A stretch of 64,000 nucleotides of DNA, from the NCBI RefSeq assembly GCF_001194135.2, contig NC_068983.1, positions 66,320,672 to 66,384,671 on the forward strand, written 5' to 3'. This document shows positions 12,794 to 25,621 of the stretch, piece after piece. The DNA comes from Octopus bimaculoides. Lineage: Eukaryota. The translations under genes were made by a program, and so were the position numbers. Below the pieces are notes generated by a model, which was given only the letters and a program-made list of their open reading frames with translations, was not told the DNA's origin and did not search any database. Within the stretch, counting starts at the first letter, position 1. Each line of letters opens with the position of its first letter.

Positions 12794-13126
12794 CATAGGT
12801 TTTCAAAGTGGGCACAACCGCCCCCACCCCGCCAGTGGGCGTTGAGACAGTCTAGGTGGGCACTGGTGCTTAAGGGGGCAGGAGGAGGCGGTAGAGAAAA
12901 AGGAGACGTTGGGAGGAAGGCAGTGGATTGGGGGACGCTATGAATTTATTATATTATTATAGTATTGTATACAAATTATATAATATTATATTACATATCA
13001 AATGATTCATAGTATATCAATTAGTAAAATATAAAATATCTATTTATACATAAAATTAGGGATGGGGTGCCAAGGGTTTTATGTGGTCATGAGTGGGAGG
13101 GAGCCCAAAAAGTTTGAGAACCTCTG
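12794..13126. mobile_element. hAT (Charlie-like) MITE, 333 bp
   Basis: TIRs cataggttttcaaagt / rc cagaggttctcaaact (13/16); perfect 8-bp TSD gattagac at 12786-12793 and 13127-13134. Confidence 0.92.
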
Positions 13127-13450
13127 GATTAGACCAATGTGTGACTGAGGTATTGTTTTGCAGATGGATGTCCTTCCTGCCACTAAACTTTATTTGTTTT
13201 CTTTTAGTAAGGCATCTCTTATTTCACACCTCATCAAAGGTGCAAAGCTAGCAGATGGTTTGCTGACAGGAGAATTGGAAACAGTATCATCACTTGTAGC
13301 TCATGAAATCCAGAGAATATGTAAACACATAGGCACAGATGCACGCGCGCGCGCACACACACACACACACACACATGTACACATACACAAAAGCACAAAC
13401 ACACTCACACACACATGCACATGCACAAACACACAGACGTACATAAATAT

Positions 13451-14526
13451 ACACACATTCACATGTATAGATATTTTCCTATTACTCTCAGCAGATTTCT
13501 TTTTATTTAGTAAGTAAACTATTAAGCAATCATCCAATATCATGGCATTTTATTTTCCAAGTGGTAATNNNNNNNNNNNNNNNNNNNNNNNNNNNNNNNN
13601 NNNNNNNNNNNNNNNNNNNNNNNNNNNNNNNNNNNNNNNNNNNNNNNNNNNNNNNNNNNNNNNNNNNNNNNNNNNNNNNNNNNNNNNNNNNNNNNNNNNN
13701 NNNNNNNNNNNNNNNNNNNNNNNNNNNNNNNNNNNNNNNNNNNNNNNNNNNNNNNNNNNNNNNNNNNNNNNNNNNNNNNNNNNNNNNNNNNNNNNNNNNN
13801 NNNNNNNNNNNNNNNNNNNNNNNNNNNNNNNNNNNNNNNNNNNNNNNNNNNNNNNNNNNNNNNNNNNNNNNNNNNNNNNNNNNNNNNNNNNNNNNNNNNN
13901 NNNNNNNNNNNNNNNNNNNNNNNNNNNNNNNNNNNNAACTCTTCTGCTCCTCAGAAATATCAAATGTGAAATTTGTATAATTTATCAAATGGTAGTTTTT
14001 TTTTAAATATGAAGTAATATAGGAAAATGGTGTTTGTTTGAAATAGGAAATAAAATAAAAAATTACTGCTTTTGATTCTGGTAAGTACACTTTAATATGA
14101 GAGTCTTTAAATCCATATATGCTTCCTTGGTAATTCTTCTGTAATAATCTATAATAGTTATGCGTAAAATCCATTATATTGTCTTGTATTCCAAATATAG
14201 TTCATAGACTTAGATAATATAGAATAATGGAATCCTATATTGATAAGCATTTATAGCGAACTCTTCTGCTCCTCAGAAATATCAAATGTGAAATTTGTAT
14301 AATTTAATGAATGGTAGTTTTTTAAATAGAGCACTCAATATAAATTCAGTATATAATATTCTCATTGAATATATTTAACTAAAGATTTATCTATATATAT
14401 AAATGTACACACACTCACATGTATAGATACTTTCCTATTACTCTCAGGCAGATTTTTTTTTAATTTAGTAAGTAAACTATTAAGCAATCATCTAATACCA
14501 TGCCATTTTATTTTCCAAGTGGTAAT
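13451..14526 (+). repeat. Interleaved direct repeats X1(13451-13568)-gap-Y1(13937-14003)-Y2(14259-14325)-X2(14408-14526)
   Basis: X and Y pairs ~90% identical by eye; 14342-14376 matches 61717-61751 (33/35), just upstream of the Penelope ORF. Confidence 0.8.
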
Positions 14527-14710
14527 GATAATTATTCTATTATAAATATAATTATTCTATTATAAATATATATATATATATTTATATATATATATACATA
14601 TATATATAAAGTATTAGTTAAAGAATAAAAAGACTGGGTTAACGACTCAACATATCACACACCCTCAATGAACATATATAAGAAATACAGCATAATCCAT
14701 CAAACATAAG

Positions 14711-15411
14711 GAATAAGAAGAAATAACACAAGAAAAATAACGCAAGAAGAAATAATAAATAAATAAAAATATAGCATATAGTATAAAATTTTTATACACG
14801 AATATATTGTTTCATTCAATAACATGGAACTGAAAAAAATTGAGTTAAGGTATAAAGCAATACACGTGAATATCATTTCATAGACTTAAAAAAAGTTTAA
14901 ATTAATACGAATAAAAATTAATACGGAAGGAGTAAAAATTTCAAATATATAATATAATAATATAATATAAGTTGATATAGTAAAATAAAATGACATGAAG
15001 AAATGAGGTACCATAAAGTAGTCTATCGGTTGAAAAAACAAGGACACAAGTGATTGAACACCACTTAGAATTAAAGTTCAAAGTTCTTCAACTCCCTCAG
15101 GCACATTTCACACCTCAAAACCAGTAGACACCAAAAGGCAAGTTCACACTAATCCGGCACACACAAGAGCAAACAACAGGCACCCAGCAGGTATCAACAG
15201 GCAAAAGTTCAATTCCACTCACCATGTCAAAAAAGATTCACCACACATGAGTCAAAAACAATTACAGCACACCTTAACTCAATTTTTTTCAGTTCCATGT
15301 TATCAGTTGAAACAATATATTCATGTATAAAAATTTTATATTATATGCTATATTCTTATTTATTTATTATTTCTTCTTGTGTTATTTTTCTTGTGTTATT
15401 TCTTCTTATTC
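14711..15411. repeat. Inverted repeat with >=141-bp arms (14711-14851 / 15271-15411), right arm runs into a gap
   Basis: About 7 mismatches over 141 bp; ~420-bp spacer. Confidence 0.9.
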
Positions 15412-15623
15412 NNNNNNNNNNNNNNNNNNNNNNNNNNNNNNNNNNNNNNNNNNNNNNNNNNNNNNNNNNNNNNNNNNNNNNNNNNNNNNNNNNNNNNNNN
15501 NNNNNNNNNNNNNNNNNNNNNNNNNNNNNNNNNNNNNNNNNNNNNNNNNNNNNNNNNNNNNNNNNNNNNNNNNNNNNNNNNNNNNNNNNNNNNNNNNNNN
15601 NNNNNNNNNNNNNNNNNNNNNNN

Positions 15624-15720
15624 TCTTCTCACGCACAGCCCATTTCCAAAGGTCTCGGTCCGTAGTCATCGCCTCGGTGAGGCCCAATGTACGAAGGTCT
15701 TGCCTCACCACCTCAGCCCA
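15624..15720 (-). mobile_element. RTE ORF2 C-terminal fragment
   Basis: WAEVVRQDLRTLGLTEAMTTDRDLWKWAVREK, homologous to 5050-5160. Confidence 0.85.
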
Positions 15721-15752
<32 letters not shown>

Positions 15753-16426
15753 TTGTGTGTGTGTGCATACACCTATATACATATATTCTATATTTGTGAA
15801 TTTTCAGACTACCTTAGGTTTCATACCTTTACAGTTTGCAATCTTCAAGTGTTCCATTTTAAAAATAATGGTTAAGCCATCTGTTTTAGAATTGGCTACA
15901 TGAAATTTTATGAGACATCAAATATTATTAGGTGGAGCAAAGTAAAATCAAAATACCCAGGTAATAGGAGGTAAATATTCAGAGACTTTGGCAGTTTATA
16001 CTTCCTTTACACTTATATTGATTTTGAAAGTGGTAGTAAAATGCTCATATATATTTTTCTCTGTTATTAGCAGTTTATGGCATACATAATCTTGCAGTAA
16101 GTGTGCACACTCATGCAAAACTAAAGGAAATATTCATTTACATGGGATGTGTATTTCAGATTTCACTTTGTACCATCTGATAACATTTGAAGTCTTGTGA
16201 AATCTCACATAAGCAAACCAGAATAGAGAGAAAGACTACCATCGTTTTCTAAGTGGAACACTTGAAAGTTGTAAATTTTATGTACTTGAAACCAAAGGTG
16301 GCATAAAAAAATGCCCAAATAAATGAGGCATTTATCCAGCAGTGCAATGTTGTGTACTTCTCAAGGTTAGCTGGTAACATATATAAGTATATATGTAAAT
16401 ATGTGTGTGTGTGTGTGTGTGTGTGT

Positions 16427-16772
16427 AATACAAAATAGAGGAAAATGAAAACGCAAATCCTAGGCAGTCAACCAAGTTCCTGAAAGCATAAATGAAGATA
16501 TTCAATCAAAGTAATTGAATCATATATATTTATATATATGATAAATAAATATCAGCATAAATAATGCATGTATAGGTGTAAAGATTCTCCAAGGGTATAA
16601 AGAATAAAACTAAACCTACATAAAAATACAGGAGAGATATAAAAGCATATAAAAAAATATATAAAAATACATATAAAATCACATAAATAAGGATTACATG
16701 TAAAAAGTTAAGCGTGATAGATACAGGTTGACTGCCTAGGATATGTGTTTTCATTTTCTTCTACTTTGTATT
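16427..16772. repeat. Inverted repeat, 47-bp arms (16427-16473 / 16726-16772)
   Basis: aatacaaaatagaggaaaatgaaaacgcaaatcctaggcagtcaacc versus its reverse complement, 4 mismatches. Confidence 0.9.
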
Positions 16773-17463
16773 ATTTCGCATTGGCTCTCTACAAGCACTN
16801 NNNNNNNNNNNNNNNNNNNNNNNNNNNNNNNNNNNNNNNNNNNNNNNNNNNNNNNNNNNNNNNNNNNNNNNNNNNNNNNNNNNNNNNNNNNNNNNNNNNN
16901 NNNNNNNNNNNNNNNNNNNNNNNNNNNNNNNNNNNNNNNNNNNNNNNNNNNNNNNNNNNNNNNNNNNNNNNNNNNNNNNNNNNNNNNNNNNNNNNNNNNN
17001 NNNNNNNNNNNNNNNNNNNNNNNNNNNNNNNNNNNNNNNNNNNNNNNNNNNNNNNNNNNNNNNNNNNNNNNNNNNNNNNNNNNNNNNNNNNNNNNNNNNN
17101 NNNNNNNNNNNNNNNNNNNNNNNNNNNNNNNNNNNNNNNNNNNNNNNNNNNNNNNNNNNNNNNNNNNNNNNNNNNNNNNNNNNNNNNNNNNNNNNNNNNN
17201 NNNNNNNNNNNNNNNNNNNNNNNNNNNNNNNNNNNNNNNNNNNNNNNNNNNNNNNNNNNNNNNNNNNNNNNNNNNNNNNNNNNNNNNNNNNNNNNNNNNN
17301 NNNNNNNNNNNNNNNNNNNNNNNNNNNNNNNNNNNNNNNNNNNNNNNNNNNNNNNNNNNNNNNNNNNNNNNNNNNNNNNNNNNNNNNNNNNNNNNNNNNN
17401 NNNNNNNNNNNNNNNNNNNNNNNNNNNNNNNNNNNNNNNNNNNNNNNNNNNNNNNNNNNNNTA

Positions 17464-17498
<35 letters not shown>

Positions 17499-18289
17499 AT
17501 ATACATAAGTTATAGAGGTTTAAAGTTTGATAATTTTTACCCAGTCAGAAAACAGGATTTGAAAGTTGTCATTTTGTGTGTGACTGCAATCGTAAAAAGA
17601 CAAAGCAATAATTTCAACATTGCAATGATAGCACATGTTTTCAGCATTTAATAAGTAAAAGATTACCAAAATCGAATAAACAACACATATTTTGTAGTTT
17701 TAAGCATTCAATATGCACTTAAGGGGAACAAATAGAGTAAACTACACATTTTATACTTTTAAGATCAGAAAAAAAAAAAAACTGTAGTCCTGTTTAAAAA
17801 AAAGCGTAAACAGCACATTTCGTTTTCCATAAACACACATGGTTTTACAGGAGAGTGCCAACTACTTCCCAGCCCAGTCGTTTGGGGTCCAGTTCTACTT
17901 TCCAGCCTCTTGGATGTCTTCTGCCATAGCCTCAGGCGAACCAATGACTTGTGAGGAAGTACTGCTTAGCAACTTGAATTGGTTTGAGAGGACCAGTTGG
18001 CAATGTTCTTTTCAGAACATGACAAATTCTTTAGAGTTGGTACTACAATAAAATGCACCCAGTACTGTCTGTAAAGTAGCCGGCATTTAGAAAATCATCA
18101 CCAACCTATAGAAAATAGGCTAAAAATTGAGTGTTGGTCCTTAACTTGTATAAAGGGGCAAGAATTCTGAATAAGAACTGATTTGAACAGTGATAGCTCT
18201 CTACCTAATGCTGACATTGAAAACATGCATGTAAAATGATGATGATGGTGACTAAAATTATGATGATGATATAAACATGCATTCTTACG

Positions 18290-18328
18290 TGTATCAACCC
18301 ATGCTAGCATGGAAAGCGAACGCTAAAC

Positions 18329-18370
<42 letters not shown>
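18290..18370 (+). mobile_element. Extreme 3' end of RTE/SINE with (GAT)n tail
   Basis: aacccatgctagcatggaaagcgaacgctaaac(gat)n, same terminus as 5710-5770. Confidence 0.8.
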
Positions 18371-19019
18371 ACATGTGTAAAAATATATGCCGTACAGATA
18401 TGTTCAAGCATAAGATGTTGTATTGAGTTACCAAACTAGTTTCCTTCAAATAAATTATCTACTTGAATAACGACTTTCTTGATGAAAGCCATGTAATTAC
18501 TGCTTCATGTTTAACAAAATAAACATGTTCCTCAGAGTTTTATTCTTTAGAATTCGGTTTACCATTTGTTTATCTTGTAATTGCTGCATTTTGATTGTTC
18601 ATGTTATAATTTGTGCTTACACTTTGGTTCAATTCAAAATATATGCATGAGTGTAAGTATATTTGCATGTGCCCATGCATACACACAAACTCAGAAATAT
18701 GTGTTTGTGTGAGAATATATGTATTTATGTTAATATGTATATATATCATCATATATAAATTTGAAAATATACAAAATCTTGTGTAAAGGATATGCATGTA
18801 TGTGTTTGTGGCTATGTGTGTGTGTGTGTGTGTGTGCGTGTGTGTGTGTCTGTCTGTCTGTGTATAGTAAGCAAGCATGCATATAAACAAAGCTGAACCA
18901 AAAGAAAGAAAATTGTCAAATGCAAATGATGATCAAATTGTAATCCTTAGCCAATGTTTGTTCATGTTTACAATTAAACTTCCTCTTTGATACCAAATAT
19001 TCCAAGAGTAAATATCGTA

Positions 19020-19314
19020 ACAATCAATACATATATATTTTGTATAAATATACATATTTAAATATTTGTGCATATGTGTATGCACACATGCACATATACA
19101 GATACATGCATGCGCACACACACACACACTTCAAACACAAGCATACATACACACACACACACATATATATATGTATGTAGGTATTTAAATATATATGTAT
19201 ATATGCATGTGTATATATACATACATATATATATATATATATGTGAGTGTGTGTGTATATATACATATATATGTTGCGTATGTATATACATATACATATA
19301 CATATATATATATG

Positions 19315-19368
<54 letters not shown>

Positions 19369-19440
19369 TACACACACACAAATACACACATATATAATCT
19401 ATAATTTATCTATCACTCTCACTCTCTCATTCTCTCTCAC
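19020..19440. repeat. Compound (TA)n/(CA)n/(TG)n microsatellite
   Basis: Direct reading; source of the spurious IY/HT ORFs. Confidence 0.95.
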
Positions 19441-19686
19441 TTTGTATATTGTTGTCTCTGTCTGCCTATGTGCTTGTAGTGTACATGTACAACCATATCA
19501 GTATAGACATATGCTTTCATAATCATACTCAAAAGATGTTCTATGGCTTTGTCTGGGAAGTAAGAAATAAGTTTCATTGCTGTAGATAGAGTTTATTTAG
19601 TACATTTTAGTTGAAAGAACACAATAATTCAACACATGCATACTAATATACAAGTGTGTGTGTTTGTGTGTATATTTGTACATATA

Positions 19687-19931
19687 CAGTAATCCCTCGA
19701 CTTTACATTCCAAAACCCCTGCGGTAGGAGAAAATTGGCAAAGTAGAAGCAATACTGTACTGTATGGTTTATTTATTTATTTTTATAATTTGTACATATT
19801 TAATTTATCTTATTATAAATGCAAAACAACACTACGGAGGAATCGATGTAAGTTTAAATAATAAACTGTGATAGATGAACCATAATAGGTGAACCATGAT
19901 AGGTGAACCATGATATGGTGTGGAATTACTG
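19687..19931. mobile_element. Tigger-like (Tc1/pogo) MITE
   Basis: ta|CAGTAATCCCTCG ... GGAATTACTG|tg termini (11/15 TIR match); internal 14-bp gataggtgaaccat x3. Confidence 0.7.
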
Positions 19932-19980
19932 TGCCATATATATATATGAACTATTGTACATGTTTTAGTTGTATTAATCA

Positions 19981-20140
19981 TGGTAACTGTGGTAAGAAGT
20001 ATGCTTCCCAAACACATGGTTCCACGATCAGTCCCACTGTGGAATTTTGGGTAAATGTCTTCTACCATAGCCCATGGCTGACCAAAGCCTTCTGAATGAA
20101 TTTGTTTGATGGAAACTGAAAGAAACCCACTCTACATAAA
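19981..20140 (+). mobile_element. 5' half of CORE-type SINE, interrupted by a Helitron
   Basis: Homologous to 7010-7170; ends at ggaaactgaaagaaaccc, where the (TA)n tract normally starts. Confidence 0.75.
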
Positions 20141-21541
20141 TCTAATATATAAATCCTGTTCTGTCTGTCTGTTTTTTGTGCACTTATAACTCAAGTATTG
20201 TTCATCTGATCGTGTTGAAATTTTAAACATGGATACATGAGAGAGCAGAGCATTCCATAATCTAAAAAGATTTTCAAGATTGTCAGTTTCAAAGTGAGAA
20301 TTGCTATTTTTGTAATATTTTTGTCCTGTTTCTTCTGCCATCCTGTTCATTAACTGACATTCTAAACAATTCATTTTTACTTTTTCACATTTAAATGACA
20401 GATATGTGTAAATAAAGCTTGCTATTTGTAAATACAGTCTCATTTTGATTTAAATATTAGACCAAGAACAACTGTATTCATTTCTGCATTTTCACACATT
20501 TGTAAAAAATATTGATATCACTAACTTTAATTAACTGTAATCAACCACGTGCATTTACAGTCAAATGTGTTCTTACAGCTGTTTTTCATGCAATAAACCA
20601 GCTGCCATGAAAAACTATTAGGAAAAAGGCAGTTACTTTAAGTGAACAAAAAAGTGAAAATAAAGCAAATAGATAACTGGTGATTACTCAATTTTCTGAA
20701 GATATTCTCAACAAAATTCAATTGAAAGTAGAAAGGACTAATTAATTATTTATAACACGTGAAAAATTTGATGGCGTTACATCTGAAACCATGCCTAACA
20801 TTTCTCATCCAACTTTAAAAAATAAGCGGTATTGTTCAATTTTTGAGATAAAATTGATTTGCAAAGAACATGCCTTATTTTATTGCACATTGTGTTATTT
20901 CACCTCCGAGTTTCAACTCTTTTTCTCTCAGTTTTTGAGAAAAGAGAGACTTCCCTAAACATTTTTACACTTTTATTGAGTAGCAGTTTCTGTTTGCCTG
21001 TCCATCAGGTGATTTTTATTCGAAACTAATGTTATTTATCTCGTAGTTCTTACCACTACGCCAGTAGTCAAATGCAAAAGCCAAAGAACTGTTTATTGCT
21101 TAAATATCACTTGCAATATTCACTCTGGAGATAAAACAGCGTTCAGTCTGACGTACAGGTGTCAACATGAGGTATGTACTATAGAAGAGTACATTGTACT
21201 TATCCTAATGTGAAACTGCTTGAGTGTAAAAAGTTAATGGTTAATTATGATGTTTGATTCTACTGGACGTTGTATAAATTGTGGGCTGAATATCTTTCCT
21301 TCATTTTATTGGCCTCATGACAATTTTGAAAAGGTTCATTGCATTAAGATTCACTATCAATCAATTTTCCTTATTTAGAAGAAACAGTCAACAGTTTTAA
21401 CGTCTCAGGAATCTTTAATGCCCTAACCAAAAGTAACAACCCCATACAATCACCAAACATCTCCACAACTTAACACGGTCCAAGTTAACCCTCTTCACCT
21501 ACACAAACCGTCCAATGGACGGGAGGTGGGGTGTTTGCTAG
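20141..21541 (+). mobile_element. Non-autonomous Helitron-type element, 1401 bp
   Basis: A|TC start with (CTGT)n; 3' hairpin ccgtcc-aat-ggacgg (21508-21522) then CTAG|T at 21538-21542; separates two halves of one SINE. Confidence 0.8.
21047..21171 (+). other. Candidate 125-nt exon inside the Helitron
   Basis: CTAAT branch-like site 21026-21030, ttatctcgtAG acceptor, GAG|GTATGT donor; one open frame LTTTPVVKCKSQRTVYCLNITCNIHSGDKTAFSLTYRCQHE; no homolog recognised. Confidence 0.3.
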
Positions 21542-21613
21542 TATATATATATATATATATATATNNNNNNNNNNNNNNNNNNNNNNNNNNNNNNNNNNNN
21601 NNNNNNTATAATA

Positions 21614-21644
<31 letters not shown>

Positions 21645-21659
21645 GAGCGTGCATGCACA

Positions 21660-21905
21660 CACACAAGTATTTATATGTGAGTGTATCTTTGTGTTTGTTC
21701 CCAACCACAACTTGACAACCAGTGTTGGTTTGTCTACATCCCTATAAATTAGTGCTTCAGCTAAAAAGACCCATAAAATAAATACCAGACTTTAAAAAAA
21801 ATCATTTCTGTGGTTGATTCAGCTTACTAAATCCCTTCAAAGCAGAACCCCAAGATGGCCACTGTTGAATGACTGAAACAAGTAAATGATGAAAGATAAA
21901 AGATG
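21660..21905 (+). mobile_element. 3' half of the SINE split by the Helitron
   Basis: tgtgtttgttcccaaccacaacttgacaacc...aatgactgaaacaagtaa, homologous to the 3' half of 26240-26662. Confidence 0.75.
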
Positions 21906-23882
21906 CCTTCTCCTCGTGATTTTCCTTCTCAAACTGATTCAATCCACTTTACCAATTAAAAATACTTCGTTTTTAATTATTTGAAATTTCAAGTTGCATC
22001 CCTTGTTTTCCTTCACCAGAATTAGCCTTTGAAGATAATGATTCTTTTTTTTCCTCATATGAGTGTACTTTTAACAGATCAAACATTATGTTGGATCACT
22101 AAATTAAGCCTGTTAGCCCTACTACATTTAACTTTACTTTAAAAACTTGGATTGATATTTTCCAGGGGCTAGAACCCATATAAACCTAGTATGATTTTAA
22201 ACTAATGTAACTATCAGTAATTAGAATACATTTGAATACCCCTTTGTTCATGGCATAATAGCAGTGGAGGTGTATACTAAGTAACAGTTCATGAGTTAAG
22301 TCTGTATAGTTACACATGGTCATCAAGAGAGCTACGAAATTGATTAGATGTCAAAATATGAGATGTTTTGTTATTCTTACAGTTATGGTTTTTAGGAGTA
22401 TTAACCTTGTCACTGGATACAAAATATTATTTAGTATTCACTATAGTTTACTGTTGCTATGCTGACTGCTATTTCTTGCATCAGCAATCCACAGTTGTTC
22501 ATTGAAGAAGACAATGAAATCTATTGAGACTTTTGACAAACTTTTATTCTTTTTTTATACACAAGCAAAAGCCAAATACTGTTGTTACTATGAGCGACAG
22601 ATATTGAGAGAGTTTTTTATGTTATTGTTCTTGATGTAATTGTAATAGTATTCAAAAAGGTAACTGCTAAGTGTTGTGTTGCAGTAGTTGGTAGTTCATT
22701 ACGTTAATGTCAGCTTGGTTCAGCCACTGCCTGCATCTGTTCACTGTCCATCTGCCTTGTTATTTCATGCTCTTTCTGCTACTTCCCAAAGCTCTGTCTA
22801 GTAGTCATGGTTTGTCACTTTTATACAGATTGATGGCACAGAAAGAGGCATGCCAGAAGTTGAAATTGTTGCAGGAGCCTATTCCAAATGAGGTTATGCT
22901 CGGTCAGATTTTGCTGATCATGTGGGTAATATTCTAACGAATCGCAACATCAGGTAATTGCGGAATATTCTTGCCATAGTTTCATCACCAGTTTTCATGA
23001 GATTCATATTCTTGGTTATGTAGATGATACAGACACCAAAGGCTTAGTGAATAAGAAAATCATTACTCTTATTTTAGAAATAATGGTTTGTAATTCAATT
23101 CTGGACTGGTACTAGGTACACATTCAAGAATAAAACACATAATGAAGATTGGAAAGCAAAATGATGAAAGTGTCATGCAAATGTAAATACTGAATAAAAA
23201 ATATTCGTTTCTAAAGATGAGGTGAACATACAAAAATGATTATTGTATCAATAGAAGAAAAGTTTTTTTTTTCCTCAATACTTGATAAGAATAAACTTGA
23301 AAAGTACAGAGATAAATTTTCTTATGTGTTATACTGAAGATTTTAATCCATAAACAGGTTTCACTTTTTTGAGCAAGATAACTGTGTAAAACTCAGATAT
23401 AGAATGAAATCTTGACATACAAAAGCGTTTTCAGATTCTACATACTTTTACTAAAGTTGAATATTGAACAGTCTTGTGTTTTTGCATCAACAGATAAAAA
23501 AAGCATCGTATTGGCATACATACAATACATATATATTTTACACCGATTTTCCTATGCTGGCATACAAAGAACAGATACTTGAGGCAGTATTGTTGCTTAC
23601 CCATATTTGTTTTTCAAGTAAGGGTTTTCTTTTTATTTCACAAAACATTAAAACAGTACAGCTACAGAATGTAGTGTTCACTGGGAATATAAACATGGTA
23701 AAACCATTTTTAGCTGAGGTGGTCTCATGTGAGGAAGTGAAAATGACAACTTCATGCACACACACATATACACATACTTATAGATACACACAAACAAGCA
23801 CACACACACACACACACACACATATCATACTCTTCATCATCATCAACATTTTAACATCTATTTTTCTATACTTGTATGGGCT

Positions 23883-23919
<37 letters not shown>

Positions 23920-24474
23920 ATGCATGTGTATGAGTATAGGTGGGTGTATGTGTGTACAGAAAACATTTCTAAATATGTATAGGGATTGCCCTTTAAAATT
24001 TACATGTGTTTTAAAGTAAATGTTTTAAGCCAACACTGAGATTACTGACAAAAATATAAACAAATGTCTTGTAAATATTTCTTTCACAAGCAAAATAGAA
24101 GGAGTTGACATGACATAGCTTGAAACCATTTTTTGGTTCTCTTAGGAAGCCATAAAACACAGATTAAGTACTATAATGAACACATTTCAACCGTATACAA
24201 ACAAGGATGGTCACTGCTTGAAAGTTTTTGATTATAGGTCCACTCCATCAGGATATAACAACAACCAGAGCATCATCCTCTTACCAGCCATTTATTGCCA
24301 GCAAAGGTCATGAGAACTGTATCCATTACTGGACCTGAGTTAAACTAATAAAGATACTGGTGATGCAGCACATGGTTAGAATCAATATCATGGAATTAAT
24401 ATGGATCTATTATGTGATCTTAGACAAATCTATACTCAAGAGTTATGTAAAACCTCATCACATACAATTATTAG

Positions 24475-24625
24475 TTTCAAATCTTAGCACAAGGCCAGCC
24501 ATTTTGGGGTAGGGGTTAAGTCATTTATGTCAATCCCATTGTTCAACTGGTACTTATTTTATGGACCCTGAACGGATGAAAGGCAATGTACAGATAGATG
24601 AAATGCCACTAAGCATTTTGACTAA
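24475..24625 (-). mobile_element. Degenerate SINE (34176-type family)
   Basis: aactggtacttatttt...gaccctgaacggatgaaaggcaa...aaatgccactaagcattttg. Confidence 0.7.
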
Positions 24626-25209
24626 TATTCATGAAACTTTCCATACATGTTACACAAACATCCAGTTCAATAATAGGCTGATTGGATTCAGATAAAACAC
24701 TATAATGTTCCCACCCCCAGGAGTGTTGGGCGAATTATATGATTCGATGAGAAGGTTACAAAAAATATTAGGCTGACAGAAAGGTAGTAACAGAGAGAGA
24801 GGGTGACTTCTATTATTGAAGGCAAGAACAGCTGTAGGAATGGAATAGTAACATAGCTGTCGTATACACGTGACACTGCATACATACTTTCGTAAATATG
24901 TAGATATAACACACACACACACACACATACATATATATATATTTATATATATACATAAATGCATACATACATACATATGATAACTATACACCATTATAAA
25001 CTCGTGATTGCTTGTGTATACGTTTGTAAATGTGTGTGTGTGTATCACGTCCTATAACTGTTTGCCTCTCTACTTTTGTAGGGTCTTCCCTGTTGTTGTC
25101 ACATATTGTGAGATTTTGAAATTACGTCAAACTTTCCAAATTCGGTGTATCGAAATAATTTTCAACTTTCAATCCAATTTTGTTATGTTTCAGAAAAGTT
25201 TCAGAAAAA

Positions 25210-25254
25210 TGTTACTGAAGTTTAAAAGTTAATCAATTTTAAACTTCAGTAACA
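25210..25254. repeat. Perfect 18-bp inverted repeat, 9-nt loop
   Basis: tgttactgaagtttaaaa-gttaatcaa-ttttaaacttcagtaaca. Confidence 0.95.
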
Positions 25255-25621
25255 AGTTTAAAATTGTTAATGAATGTTACCTATTCAGAAAATAGAATTT
25301 GGAAGCTGGCATTTTCTGCATGATAGCATCTATCATGAAATGAAAGCAGAACCATTAAGAGAAGGAATTTTTATTAAACAAATGAAAGCAAAACATTACG
25401 ATGACTAAAGTTGTGAGAACTTATGATGGTTTAATGAATAAAACCATGTTAAATGGTCAAACAGACATGTAAATAATTTAAAAAGGAAAATAAATCCTCA
25501 ACGTAGTATTTTGGCAAAAAATTGCACAAATCTGTCCAGATTGAGAGGTCTATCTGTTGTAGAAGGGATGCTCTAATATGGAATGAATAAAAATTTATAT
25601 AAGACATCCTATTGTAAAATT

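Noticed and set aside
22829-22953. Plus-strand exon-like segment IDGTERGMPEVEIVAGAYSK* with an in-frame TGA (selenocysteine considered)
   Set aside because: All frames close, no homolog recognised, no SECIS identified and no redox motif context.
22960-23060. ILGYVDD resembling an RT YxDD motif
   Set aside because: No other RT motifs in frame; a 4-residue match is expected by chance.
24297-24346. Minus-strand 50-nt AG/GTAAG-bounded open segment GPVMDTVLMTFAGNKWL
   Set aside because: Short, no homology recognised and no compatible neighbouring exon.
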